In this document: piece after piece, positions 21,661-30,616 of the stretch
Position numbering within the stretch: position 1 is the stretch's first letter
Layout: each line of letters begins with the position of its first letter
Assembly (NCBI GenBank): GCA_965221125.1
Contig: CBDCRW010000005.1
Coordinates: 448,001-512,000 of the forward strand
Direction of reading: 5' to 3'
Source: Alphaproteobacteria bacterium
Lineage (GTDB): Bacteria > Pseudomonadota > Alphaproteobacteria > UBA828
Length of the DNA stretch: 64,000 nt
Notes under the pieces: generated by a model
The model's input: only the letters and a program-made list of their open reading frames with translations
The model's database searches: none
Told to the model about the DNA's origin: nothing
Made by a program: the position numbers and the translations under genes

Positions 21661-22878
21661 TCAAGGGTCGTCGAGCCCGTAGGCCGCGTGAAGGGCGCGG
21701 ACGGCGAGCTCGGTATAGTCTTCCGCAACCAGCACGCTGATCTTGATCTCCGACGTCGAGATTACCTGGATGTTGATGCCCTTGCCGGCGAGCGCGGCGA
21801 ACATGGTCTGCGCCACACCGGCGTGGCTGCGCATGCCGACGCCGATCACCGAGACCTTGACCACGCCCCGATCCGCCACCAGCCGCTCGTATGCGACGGC
21901 GCTCCGCGCCTCTTCGAGGATGGCGATGGAGCGGTCGAGGTCGGCCTCCGTCACCGTAAACGTGAGGTCGGTCGTGCCGTCGGCGGAGATGTTCTGCACG
22001 ATCATGTCGACGTTGACGTTGCCGTCCGCCAGGGGCCCGAAGATGCGCGCCGCGACGCCGGGGCGGTCGGCCACGCCCATCACCGTGATCTTCGCCTCGT
22101 CCCTGCTGTAGGCGATCCCGCTGACTCGCTCCTGTTCCACGATGTCGTCCTCATCGACCACGAATGTTCCGGGGGCATCGGTAAAGCTGGACGCGACCTG
22201 AAGCGGCACCTGGTGCTTCATCGCCATTTCGACGGCGCGAATCTGCAAGACCTTGGCGCCGAGGGAGGCGAGTTCCAGCATTTCCTCGTAGGTGATCTTA
22301 TTCAGCTTGCGCGCCGTCGCAACGATGCGCGGATCGGCGGTGAACACGCCTTCCACGTCGGTGAAGATGTCGCAGCGGTCGGCGCCCAGCGCTGCGGCCA
22401 GCGCCACCGCCGAGGTATCGGTGCCGCCCCGGCCGAGCGTCGTGATCCGGCCGAGGGGGCCTAAGCCCTGAAAGCCGGCGACGACCGGCACCTCGCGCCG
22501 CTCGATGCGCCGCTGCAGCTCTTCCGTCTCGATGCTCTCGATCCTGGCGCGGCCGTGGCCGCCGTCCGTGCGGATCGGGATCTGCCACCCGAGCCAGGAG
22601 CGCGCCGTGACGCCCCGGCTTTGCAGCGCCAGCGCCAGCAGGCCGGATGTGATCTGCTCGCCCGCCGCCGCCACGGTGTCGTATTCCCGCGCATCGTGGA
22701 GCGCCGCCGCCGCCCGCACCCACTTGACCAGCTGGTCGGTCGTCCCGGCCATGGCGGAGACCACGACGGCGACGCTGTCCCCGGCATCGCTCGCCGCCTT
22801 CACGCGGTCGGCAACGACGTTGATGCGGTCGAGGTCGGCCAGCGACGTGCCGCCGTATTTGTGGACGATGAGAGCCAT
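21661..22878 (-). CDS. lysC: Aspartate kinase
   Basis: 'KYGGTS', 'VVSAMAG', 'TTLGRGGTD', 'TDVEGVFTADP', two ACT domains, 'STSEIKIS'. Confidence 0.96.
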   Translation of the reverse strand: MALIVHKYGGTSLADLDRINVVADRVKAASDAGDSVAVVVSAMAGTTDQLVKWVRAAAALHDAREYDTVAAAGEQITSGLLALALQSRGVTARSWLGWQIPIRTDGGHGRARIESIETEELQRRIERREVPVVAGFQGLGPLGRITTLGRGGTDTSAVALAAALGADRCDIFTDVEGVFTADPRIVATARKLNKITYEEMLELASLGAKVLQIRAVEMAMKHQVPLQVASSFTDAPGTFVVDEDDIVEQERVSGIAYSRDEAKITVMGVADRPGVAARIFGPLADGNVNVDMIVQNISADGTTDLTFTVTEADLDRSIAILEEARSAVAYERLVADRGVVKVSVIGVGMRSHAGVAQTMFAALAGKGINIQVISTSEIKISVLVAEDYTELAVRALHAAYGLDDP

Positions 22879-22994
22879 CGGGTGGGGTGCGCCCGCGCCG
22901 GAGAGGCGACGCTTGCCGGTCGTGGAGACGCCCCTACATACTGGCTGCACCCCGGCCGCGCAAGCAGGCGGCCGGGCTAACGGAGAGCGCGCCC

Positions 22995-23816
22995 ATGGCC
23001 GCAGACGAGCAAGAGCGGCAATCGCCCGAGGCCGCGGCGCCCGACGGGGCGGCTGGCGCCGGCACCGACCCCAGCGTGGATCCGGCGGAGGTCGCGCGCT
23101 TCGCCGCCCTCGCCGAGCGCTGGTGGGACCGCCACGGCGCCTTCCGCGCGCTGCATGCGCTGAACCCGGTCCGCATCGCCTACGTGCGGGATGCGCTCGT
23201 GGCCGGGAGAGAGCCTGCTCCGTCCTCCGACGGTTCTGCGGCGCTGAAGCCGCTTGCCGGCCTCCGGCTGCTCGACGTCGGCTGCGGCGGCGGCCTGATG
23301 GCCGAGCCGCTCTGCCGTCTGGGCGCGGACGTGGTCGCCATCGACGCGGCGGAGGCCAACGTCCGCGCGGCCCGCCTGCACGCCGAGGAGCAGGGGCTCG
23401 CCGTCGACTACCGCCACGCCACGGCGGAGGCGCTGGCCGCCGCCGGCGAGCGCTTCGATGCGGTTCTGGCCCTCGAAATCGTCGAGCACGTGGCCGATCT
23501 CGACGCCTTCGCCGGCGCGTGTGCGGATCTCGTGAAACCGGGCGGCACGTTCGTCGTGGCGACGCTCAACCGCACGCTCGCGGCCTATGCATTGGCCATC
23601 GTCGCGGGGGAGCGGATTCTCGGCTGGTTGCCCGCCGGCACCCATGACTGGTCGCGCTTCGTCCGCCCGGCGGAGATGGTGCGCCTGCTGCGCCGCCACG
23701 GTCTCGCCGTCGCCGACATGCAGGGCATGGTCTTCAACCCGCTCGCCGGCGGCTGGACCACGAGCCCCAACCTCGCCGTGAACTACATCGTGCACGCGAG
23801 GAAGCCTCCCGCCTGA
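22995..23816 (+). CDS. ubiG: Ubiquinone biosynthesis O-methyltransferase
   Basis: 'EVARF..LA..WWD..G.F..LH.LNP.R', 'LDVGCGGG', 'LEIVEHV', 'GTHDW..F..P'. Confidence 0.95.
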   Translation: MAADEQERQSPEAAAPDGAAGAGTDPSVDPAEVARFAALAERWWDRHGAFRALHALNPVRIAYVRDALVAGREPAPSSDGSAALKPLAGLRLLDVGCGGGLMAEPLCRLGADVVAIDAAEANVRAARLHAEEQGLAVDYRHATAEALAAAGERFDAVLALEIVEHVADLDAFAGACADLVKPGGTFVVATLNRTLAAYALAIVAGERILGWLPAGTHDWSRFVRPAEMVRLLRRHGLAVADMQGMVFNPLAGGWTTSPNLAVNYIVHARKPPA

Positions 23817-23849
23817 GCAGGGTGGCTACACCGGGGCGGCTTGAGAACT

Positions 23850-24027
23850 CGAGCGCGTCCGTCTTTGACGGGCGCGCGACAGGCCGCGACCGCGGCCCGC
23901 CGCGAATGCGGCGCGCCCGCGCAGGCACCGGCCGGTCGCGCCGGTAGGCGCGCGCAAGCGCAGAACGGCCGGCTGCCGTGAGCGATAAAGGCATAGAGCG
24001 TTTCCGCGCAAAAGCGGAAACGCTCTA
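23850..24027 (-). repeat. Multi-hairpin interspersed repeat, copy 3 (178 bp, about 30-bp insertion in one loop)
   Basis: Same stems; TAGAGCGTTTCCGC-gcaaaa-GCGGAAACGCTCTA; includes the DUF1178 gene TAG. Confidence 0.92.
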
Positions 24028-24474
24028 TGCGTCGTGGCGGGGGACCCAGGGGACCTCGCCGACCTCGATCCCCTCGTCGGCGAGATCGCTGACCTCTTCC
24101 TTGGTCGCGTCGCCGTAGATGCTGCGCTTCTCGGTCTCGCCGTAGTGGATCTTGCGCGCCTCCTCGGGGAAGCGCCCGCCCACGTGGTCGAAGTTCTGCT
24201 CGATGTAGCTCCGCATCCGCCGCAGCGTGCCGATGGCGCGCGCCATCTCCGGCGGTGTCGGCTTGCGCGCGGGCGCCGGCGCAGGCTCGGGCTCGCCCCG
24301 CGCCTTGTTGCCCACCGCGATGTTGGGCGCCATCGGCGCCTTGGCGATCTTGGCGTCGCCGCAGTAGGGGCATTCGATCTCGCGCGCCTTCGCCTGCCGC
24401 TCGTAGGTCGCGGAATCGGCGAAGTAGCCCTCGAACACGTGGTCCTTGCCGCACTTGAGGTCGAAGACGATCAT
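24025..24474 (-). CDS. DUF1178 family protein
   Basis: 'MIVFDLKC..DHVFEGYF', 'CPYCG...IAKAPMAP', 'VGGRFPEEARKIHYGE...RSIYG'. Confidence 0.92.
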   Translation of the reverse strand: MIVFDLKCGKDHVFEGYFADSATYERQAKAREIECPYCGDAKIAKAPMAPNIAVGNKARGEPEPAPAPARKPTPPEMARAIGTLRRMRSYIEQNFDHVGGRFPEEARKIHYGETEKRSIYGDATKEEVSDLADEGIEVGEVPWVPRHDA

Positions 24475-24571
24475 GGGAACTGCGCCCGGCGCGCTGTCAC
24501 GGTCACCGCAATCTAGCATAGAAGCCCGGAATCCATACGCAAACTCCCTTCGCTTCCCAGCCGGCTCCGCC

Positions 24572-25102
24572 ATGCACCGTCATCGCTCACGCGTCCCCTC
24601 TCCCTGGATCACCCGCCATGCCGGGCTGATCGCCGCCGGCGCCCGTGTCCTCGACCTCGCCTGCGGCGGCGGCAGGCACACCCGCTACCTGCGGGGCCGG
24701 GGCCTCAGGGTGACGGCCATCGACATCGACACGTCGGGCCTTGCCGATCTCGCGGGCGATCCCTTGGTCGAGATCGTCGAGACGGACCTGGAGCGGCCCG
24801 GCACGGCGCCGCTCGCAGGGCGCCGCTTCGATGCGGTGGTGGTGACGGACTACCTGTTCCGCCCGCTGCTGGTCCCGCTCGTCGACTGCCTGGAGCCGGG
24901 CGGGATCCTCCTCTACGAGACCTTCGCGCGCGGCAACGAGCGCTTCGGCCGCCCCCGCAACCCGGACTTTCTGCTACGGCGCGGCGAGCTGCTGGCGCTC
25001 GCCGAAGGCCGGCTCACGGTCATCGCCTACGAGCACCGCGCCATTCCGCCGCCTGCGCCGAAGATCGTCCAGCGCCTCTGCGCCCGGAAGCCCGCGGAGT
25101 AG
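24572..25102 (+). CDS. Class I SAM-dependent methyltransferase (TehB-like)
   Basis: 'PSPWI', 'VLDLACGGGRH', 'YLFRPL', 'LLYETF..GNERFGRP.NPDFLL'. Confidence 0.85.
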   Translation: MHRHRSRVPSPWITRHAGLIAAGARVLDLACGGGRHTRYLRGRGLRVTAIDIDTSGLADLAGDPLVEIVETDLERPGTAPLAGRRFDAVVVTDYLFRPLLVPLVDCLEPGGILLYETFARGNERFGRPRNPDFLLRRGELLALAEGRLTVIAYEHRAIPPPAPKIVQRLCARKPAE

Positions 25103-25165
25103 CGGACGGGAAAAGACCCGGATCGCGCGCCCGCCGTCTGAGGAATCAGAAAAAGTTCGCCGGCT

Positions 25166-26020
25166 TCAACCCGCAGCGCGGCGCGGCTCCTCCTCGGCGG
25201 GTGGCAGGAAGGCGCGGTCGTGCGCCAGCGCCGGGATCGCGGCGCGGGCCTTGTCGATGCGCGATAGCTCCAGATCGGCCACTGCGATGCCCACGCCCTC
25301 GCCGCCGTCGGCCAGCACCTCGCCCCAGGGATCGACGATGAGCGAGTGACCGTAGGTCTTGCGATCGCCCGAGTGGCTGCCCCACATGCAGGGCGCGATG
25401 ACGAAGCAGCCGGTCTCGATGGCGCGCGCACGCATCAGCACGTGCCAGTGCGCCTCGCCGGTGTGCTTGGTGAAGGCCGCCGGCACCGCGATCAGCCGCG
25501 CGCCCGCGTGCGCCAGCGCCCGGTAGAGCTGGGGGAAGCGCAGGTCGTAGCAGACGGTCATGCCGAGGCCGCCCCAGGGCGTCTCCGCCACCACGGCCTG
25601 GCCGCCGGGGCGGAAGGCCTCGCTCTCGCGGTAGCGCTCGCCCGTGGGCAGGTCCACGTCGAACATGTGGATCTTGTCGTAGGTCGCGACGATCCGGCCC
25701 GCCGGGTCGATCAGGACCGAGCGATTGGCGATGCGCCCGCCGCCGGCATCTGCCGCCATCGAGCCCGCAAGCAGCCAGACCTGCGTCTCTTCCGCGAGCG
25801 CGCTGAAGAAGCGGGCCGCCGGGTGGGCGTCGAGCGCGGCTGCGCTCGCCTGCACCAGCGCCGTGCGGTGCTCCATGAGCGCGACGTTCTCAGGCAGCGC
25901 CACCAGCTCCGCGCCGGCGGCGCAGGCCTCGCGCACGAGCGCGGCGGCAGCCTCGAGGTTGGCCTGCTGGTCCTGGCCGCTCGAGGGCTGAACGCAGGCG
26001 GCACGAAGGGTCTCGGTCAT
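25166..26020 (-). CDS. Carbon-nitrogen hydrolase (Nit1-like deaminated glutathione amidase)
   Basis: Catalytic triad context 'LPE', 'YDKIHMFDV', 'VCYDLRFP'; 'HWHVLMRARAIE', 'YGHSLIVDPWG'. Confidence 0.92.
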   Translation of the reverse strand: MTETLRAACVQPSSGQDQQANLEAAAALVREACAAGAELVALPENVALMEHRTALVQASAAALDAHPAARFFSALAEETQVWLLAGSMAADAGGGRIANRSVLIDPAGRIVATYDKIHMFDVDLPTGERYRESEAFRPGGQAVVAETPWGGLGMTVCYDLRFPQLYRALAHAGARLIAVPAAFTKHTGEAHWHVLMRARAIETGCFVIAPCMWGSHSGDRKTYGHSLIVDPWGEVLADGGEGVGIAVADLELSRIDKARAAIPALAHDRAFLPPAEEEPRRAAG

Positions 26021-26051
26021 GGCTTCCCCCAAGGCTCGGTGCAGGCCGGCA

Positions 26052-26810
26052 TCATGGACGGCCCGGCACGACGCGCGCAAGCGTCGCGACGTCGACCCGC
26101 GCGGCGCCCGCCTTGCGCAGCGCACGCGCGCAGGCCGAGACGGTGGCCCCGGTCGTCAGCACGTCATCCACCAGCAGGACGCTGCGCCCGGCCACGAGAT
26201 GCGCGCGAGAGGGCCGCACCGCGAACGCGCCCCGCACGTTGCGCCGCCGGGCGGCTCCGGAGAGCCGGGTCTGGGGCGGCGTGCGACGGGTCCGCACCAG
26301 CAGGTCCGGCACCGCCACGGCATTCGCCTCGCGCGCCATGAGCCCGGCGAGCACAGCCGCCTGGTTGAAGCGACGTGCGAGCAGCCGCCAGCGATGGAGC
26401 GGCACCGGCACCACCAGATCGGCATCCGGCAGGAGCGGCGCTGCCGCGCGGTGCAGCCACGCCGCGAGCCTGGGTGCCACCCACGAGCGGTCGGCCATCT
26501 TGAAGGCGAGGATCAGCTCGCGCCCCGCTCCCTCGTAGAGGAACGCCGCGCGCGCCCGGTCGTAGGCCGGCGGCGTCCGGGCGCAATCGCCGCAGACCGC
26601 GTCGGGAGCCGCCTCGATGGCGAAAGGAAGGCCGCAGCGGGCGCAGCAGGGCCGGCCGATGAAGGAGACCCGGTTCCAGCAGTCGGGGCAGAGCGCGCCG
26701 GAATCGCCCACGGGCGCATTGCATACGAGGCAGGAGGGCGGCAGCACGACATCGACGGCACCCACCGCAGCCGCGCGCCCCATCGCCGCCATTCGTGCTC
26801 CACTTGCCAT
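26052..26810 (-). CDS. comF: ComF family protein (double zinc ribbon plus PRTase)
   Basis: CxxC pairs, 'VPVPLH..R...R.FNQA', 'LLVDDVLTTGAT'; start uncertain. Confidence 0.9.
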   Translation of the reverse strand: MASGARMAAMGRAAAVGAVDVVLPPSCLVCNAPVGDSGALCPDCWNRVSFIGRPCCARCGLPFAIEAAPDAVCGDCARTPPAYDRARAAFLYEGAGRELILAFKMADRSWVAPRLAAWLHRAAAPLLPDADLVVPVPLHRWRLLARRFNQAAVLAGLMAREANAVAVPDLLVRTRRTPPQTRLSGAARRRNVRGAFAVRPSRAHLVAGRSVLLVDDVLTTGATVSACARALRKAGAARVDVATLARVVPGRP

Positions 26811-26872
26811 GCTCTGCATATCGCGCGCGCCCGTGCTTCCCGCTTCCCCGCCATCATGCCATAACCGCCGCC

Positions 26873-27778
26873 ATGGCCCAGCGCCCGCCCATGCCCGACG
26901 GCGCCGCGGTCTTCGACCGCAGAGCCGTGCGCCTGCACCGCGACCGTGCCGCCGCCGGCTTCGCGGGGCGCGGGGACTTCCTGGTCCGCGAGGTGGGCGA
27001 GCGGCTGGTGGGCCGGCTCGACGACGTGAAGCGGCGCTTCGCCCGCGTGCTCGACCTCGGCTGCCACGGCGGCCAGCTCGGGCCGACGCTGCGCGAACGG
27101 ACGACACCTGAGCTGCTGGTCGAAGCCGATCTTTCGCAGGCCATGGTGCAGCGGGCCGGGGGTCCGTCGCGTCTCGTCGCCGACGAGGAGTGGTTGCCGC
27201 TCCGCCCCGCCTCGCTCGATCTCGTGGTGAGCGCGCTCAGCCTGCACTGGGTGAACGACCTGCCGGGCGCGCTCGTGCAGATCAGGCAGGCGCTAAGGCC
27301 CGACGGGCTGCTGCTCGCGGCGATGCTGGGCGGCGAGACCCTGTTCGAGCTGCGCGAGGCGTTCCTGCAGGCGGAAGCGGGCCACGAGGGCGGCGTGCGC
27401 CCCCACGTCTCGCCCTTTCCCGACGTTCAGACGCTGGGCGCCCTGCTGCAGCGCACGGGCTTCGCGCTGCCGGTGGTCGACAGCGACCGCATCACGGTCA
27501 TCTACGAGAGCGCGGACGCGCTCATGCACGATCTGCGCGCCATGGGCGAAGCCAACGCCACCCGGGGGCGCGCCCGGCACTTCGCCCGACGCGAGACGCT
27601 CCGCGCGCTGGAAGCCCGCTACCGGGAGAGCTTCGGCCACGCGGACGGGCGTATCCCGGCGACCTTCCAGGTGCTCTACCTCACCGGCTGGAAGCCGCAC
27701 GACTCCCAGCAGCAGCCCGCGCGCCGCGGCAGCGGGACCGTGCGCCTGTCGGACGTACTCGAGTCCGACCCGTCCTAG
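26873..27778 (+). CDS. SAM-dependent methyltransferase (BioC/NDUFAF5-like)
   Basis: 'VFDRR..RLHRDRAA', 'VADEEWLP', 'SLHWVNDLPG', 'GGETLFELR', 'GFALPVVD', 'QQPARRGS'. Confidence 0.9.
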   Translation: MAQRPPMPDGAAVFDRRAVRLHRDRAAAGFAGRGDFLVREVGERLVGRLDDVKRRFARVLDLGCHGGQLGPTLRERTTPELLVEADLSQAMVQRAGGPSRLVADEEWLPLRPASLDLVVSALSLHWVNDLPGALVQIRQALRPDGLLLAAMLGGETLFELREAFLQAEAGHEGGVRPHVSPFPDVQTLGALLQRTGFALPVVDSDRITVIYESADALMHDLRAMGEANATRGRARHFARRETLRALEARYRESFGHADGRIPATFQVLYLTGWKPHDSQQQPARRGSGTVRLSDVLESDPS

Positions 27779-28437
27779 CCCGTCTGGTCGATGGGGCCGA
27801 TCACGCGCTCGATCGCATCGGCCGTCACGACGCCGGCGCGGAGCAGGCGAGGGGTCGCCCCGGTGAGGTCGAGCAGTGTCGAGGCGAGGCTGCCGTCGGC
27901 CCGCCCGCCGTCGATCACCAGTGCCACGTGCGCCCCGAGGCCCGCCACGACCTCGGCCGCCGTCAGGGGGCTCGGCGCGCCCGAGGGGTTCGCGCTCGGC
28001 GCCGTCAGCGGCCGCTGGGCAGCCTCCACCACCGCGCGCGCGGTCTCGTTGCCGGGGATGCGGAGCGACACGCCCGGCGCCCCCTGGTGGACCAGCGGCG
28101 AGAGCGGGGAGGTCGCGGCGCGGGGCAGCACGAGGGTCAGCGGGCCGGGCCAAAAGGCTTGGGCAAGCGCGCGGGCGGGCGCGGAGAAGTCCGCGCAGCC
28201 TTCCGCCATCGCTTGTGTCGCCACCAGGGCGATGAGCGGCTTGTCCGGCGGGCGCCCCTTGGCGCGAAAGACGCCGGCCACGGCGTCGTCACGGGTCGCA
28301 TCGGCGGCGAGGCCGTAGACCGTATCCGTGGGCAGGCCGACCAGCTCGCCCTCGCGGATCACCTGCGCGGCCTGCGCGATGGTCTCCGGGGTCGGCGCCA
28401 GACAGGGCGGCACGCCCGGAGTGCCGAAGTCCGCCAC
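27775..28437 (-). CDS. tsaC: L-threonylcarbamoyladenylate synthase (TsaC/YrdC domain only)
   Basis: 'PTDTVYGL', 'KGRP', 'FWPGPLT', 'APSANPSG', 'STLLD...LLRAG'; GTG start at 28437 assumed. Confidence 0.9.
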   Translation of the reverse strand: MADFGTPGVPPCLAPTPETIAQAAQVIREGELVGLPTDTVYGLAADATRDDAVAGVFRAKGRPPDKPLIALVATQAMAEGCADFSAPARALAQAFWPGPLTLVLPRAATSPLSPLVHQGAPGVSLRIPGNETARAVVEAAQRPLTAPSANPSGAPSPLTAAEVVAGLGAHVALVIDGGRADGSLASTLLDLTGATPRLLRAGVVTADAIERVIGPIDQTG

Positions 28438-28442
28438 GTGCC

Positions 28443-29225
28443 CTAGTCCGCCCCGCAGGCGACGAAGGGCGGGTTGACGAACCCCGCCTTGCCGTAGCGA
28501 AGCGCGCGCCCATCCAGATCGCGCACGTGGCCGCCTGCTGCCTCCAAGATCGCCTGACCCGCCGCCGTGTCCCACTCCATGGTCCGGCCGAAACGCGGGT
28601 AGAGATCGGCCTCGCCCCGCGCGAGCAGGCCGAACTTGAGGGCGCTGCCGGCGCTTGCGGTCCGCGACGGCCGCAGCGCCGCGATATAGGCATCGGTCTC
28701 GGCGTCGCGGTGCGAGCGACTGGCGATCACGGCAGGGCGCGCCGCCGGCACCTGCCCCGCGCGCATCGGCTGCGGCGGCCCATCGCCCACGAAGCGCACC
28801 GCGCCCCCCTGCCCGTCGGCAACGTAGGTCTCGTCCTCGGCCGGCGCGTGGAGCACGCCCAGCACCGGGCGGCCCGCCTCGATCAACGCGATATTGACCG
28901 TGAACTCGCCGGTGCGTCCTATGAACTCCCTGGTCCCGTCGAGGGGGTCCACCAGCCAGAAGCGCAGCCCGGCCGGCGGCGCGGTGTTTCGGGCGTCCGT
29001 GCTCTCCTCCGAGACGACGGGGATGCGCGGGTCGGCGGCTTGCAGGCCGGCGACGATGAGCCGGTCTGCCGCCCGGTCCGCCTCGGTCACGGGCGAGCGG
29101 TCCTCCTTCGTCTCCACCGCCGTGCCGTCGCGGTAGAAGGCCATGATGGTCCACCCGGCCTCCTGCGCGAGACGCCGGGCCGCAGCCGCCAACTGCGCCA
29201 ATTCCTCTCTGCTGGTGCCGCTCAT
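28443..29225 (-). CDS. cysQ: 3'(2'),5'-bisphosphate nucleotidase
   Basis: 'K.D.SPVTEAD', 'SEE', 'FWLVDPLDGTREF', 'ASRSH', 'GSALKF', 'TMEWDTAAG'. Confidence 0.94.
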   Translation of the reverse strand: MSGTSREELAQLAAAARRLAQEAGWTIMAFYRDGTAVETKEDRSPVTEADRAADRLIVAGLQAADPRIPVVSEESTDARNTAPPAGLRFWLVDPLDGTREFIGRTGEFTVNIALIEAGRPVLGVLHAPAEDETYVADGQGGAVRFVGDGPPQPMRAGQVPAARPAVIASRSHRDAETDAYIAALRPSRTASAGSALKFGLLARGEADLYPRFGRTMEWDTAAGQAILEAAGGHVRDLDGRALRYGKAGFVNPPFVACGAD

Positions 29226-29396
29226 CGACCGTCCCGCGTGTTCAAATTACCGTCAACGAGGCGAAATCGCTTTGCCGCGCTGCGGATATACACCAGAATG
29301 ACCTAGGTTTCGCGGAGCGCGATCCACCGAGACGGTGGTGCGAAACCCCTATTCCAAGCAACTCAAGAACGCGCCTGCGAGGAGGAGATACCGAGG

Positions 29397-29630
29397 ATGA
29401 TTAAGGAAACTGTGGTCGCCGTGAGTATCGTCACCATGGCGGCCGGCGCCGCACTTGCGCCGTCGGCCGTATCCGCCGACGATCAGCCGATCGTCGTCGC
29501 CGATTCTCACGATGATCCGTGCAACCCGTGCGCGGCCTGCAACCCGTGTGCCGCGGATGAAGAAGATCCGTGCAACCCCTGCGCCGCCTGCAATCCCTGC
29601 GGCGCCTGCAACCCCTGCGCTGCCGAGTAA
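29397..29630 (+). CDS. Small exported Cys-rich peptide with CNPC repeats (10 Cys)
   Basis: GAGGAGGAG and GAGG upstream, Sec-type signal ending 'AVSA', core [39 protein letters not shown], downstream terminator; repeat shared with 31617..32714. Confidence 0.9.
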   Translation: MIKETVVAVSIVTMAAGAALAPSAVSADDQPIVVADSHDDPCNPCAACNPCAADEEDPCNPCAACNPCGACNPCAAE

Positions 29631-29661
29631 GCTCGGAAGTAGCTGCGACCTTACCCGAGGG

Positions 29662-29689
29662 CGCCGCCTCAGGAGAGGCGGCGTTCTTG
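29662..29689 (+). terminator. Intrinsic terminator-like hairpin after the CNPC peptide gene
   Basis: CGCCGCCTC-agga-GAGGCGGCG followed by TTCTT; lies between convergent genes. Confidence 0.65.
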
Positions 29690-29738
29690 CATCGGGAATC
29701 GGTGCTGTACGGGCCGGCCGGGCGTCGGCGGGCGTCCC

Positions 29739-30515
29739 TCACTCGGCGGCCTTGGCCTCCCGCGCATCGAGGGCAGCCCTGACCGCCGCCATCTGACCCT
29801 CGATGTCGACCTCGGCCTGCGAGACCACCTCCAGACCGCGATCCTCCAGCGTATCCTTGCCCCCGTTCCGAGGGGTCCAGCTCTCGATCACCTGATCCCG
29901 CGCCTTGAGCAGCAGGATGATCTGCGGCCAGAACAGCCGCACCATGGCGCCGACCCAGCGGTTGGTCGGCCAGGAGGGGCGCGCGTGGTCGATGCCGAAG
30001 AGGCCGATCACCTTGGCGACGTCGTCGGCGCGATACCAGGTCTCGCCGGTGACCCAGCGGTTGGTGGTGAACAGCCTGAGCGGCTGACCCTTCGAGCCCA
30101 TCGAGATGGCGATGATGTGGGTGAGCGCGTCGTCGCCCTTAGGCCACTTGTCGCGGCTCTTGCGGCGCGCGGGCTTCATCCCACGCGGCAGCCCCTTGGC
30201 GCGCACGAAGGTATGAAAGTGCCCGTGCTCCGAATCCCTGAAGCCGCCGGGATGGGCGTGATAGAAGTACTGGGAGCTGCTCTGGCCGTCGAAGACGTCG
30301 CCCTTCGGGTAGTGATCCCACTCGTAGAAGGTCTCGTGCCCGCGCAGCAACTCGCTCACCACGTTGTCGCCGGTCCGGCCGAGCACCCGCTCGACCTCAA
30401 GCACCTCCTCGCCGGCGGCGAGCATCATGCGCAGCCGCTTCGCCGGCTGCGTCGCCATGTCGAGGTGGCGGGTCTCCTCCTGCCGCTCGTTCTTCTTCGC
30501 CGTGGCCTGGGCCAT
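29739..30515 (-). CDS. Uncharacterised His-rich protein (DUF6969-like)
   Basis: 'WDHYPKGDVFD...QYFYHAH...EHGHFHTF...THIIAIS...LFTTNRWVTGETW'; no signal peptide; ATG at 30515. DUF number from recollection. Confidence 0.75.
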   Translation of the reverse strand: MAQATAKKNERQEETRHLDMATQPAKRLRMMLAAGEEVLEVERVLGRTGDNVVSELLRGHETFYEWDHYPKGDVFDGQSSSQYFYHAHPGGFRDSEHGHFHTFVRAKGLPRGMKPARRKSRDKWPKGDDALTHIIAISMGSKGQPLRLFTTNRWVTGETWYRADDVAKVIGLFGIDHARPSWPTNRWVGAMVRLFWPQIILLLKARDQVIESWTPRNGGKDTLEDRGLEVVSQAEVDIEGQMAAVRAALDAREAKAAE

Positions 30516-30616
30516 GCTGCCGCCCTTACGCTCGTTCGCCGGCCATGCCGCTGGTGAAGGATAGTGCCGCGGCCCGGCTCTTGCCAGACCGCCAGCCGTT
30601 CGCGCTCCTCCGCCGG

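Noticed and set aside
27775-29154. 459-aa extended TsaC ORF
   Set aside because: The extension is an alternate frame of cysQ; homology starts near 28437
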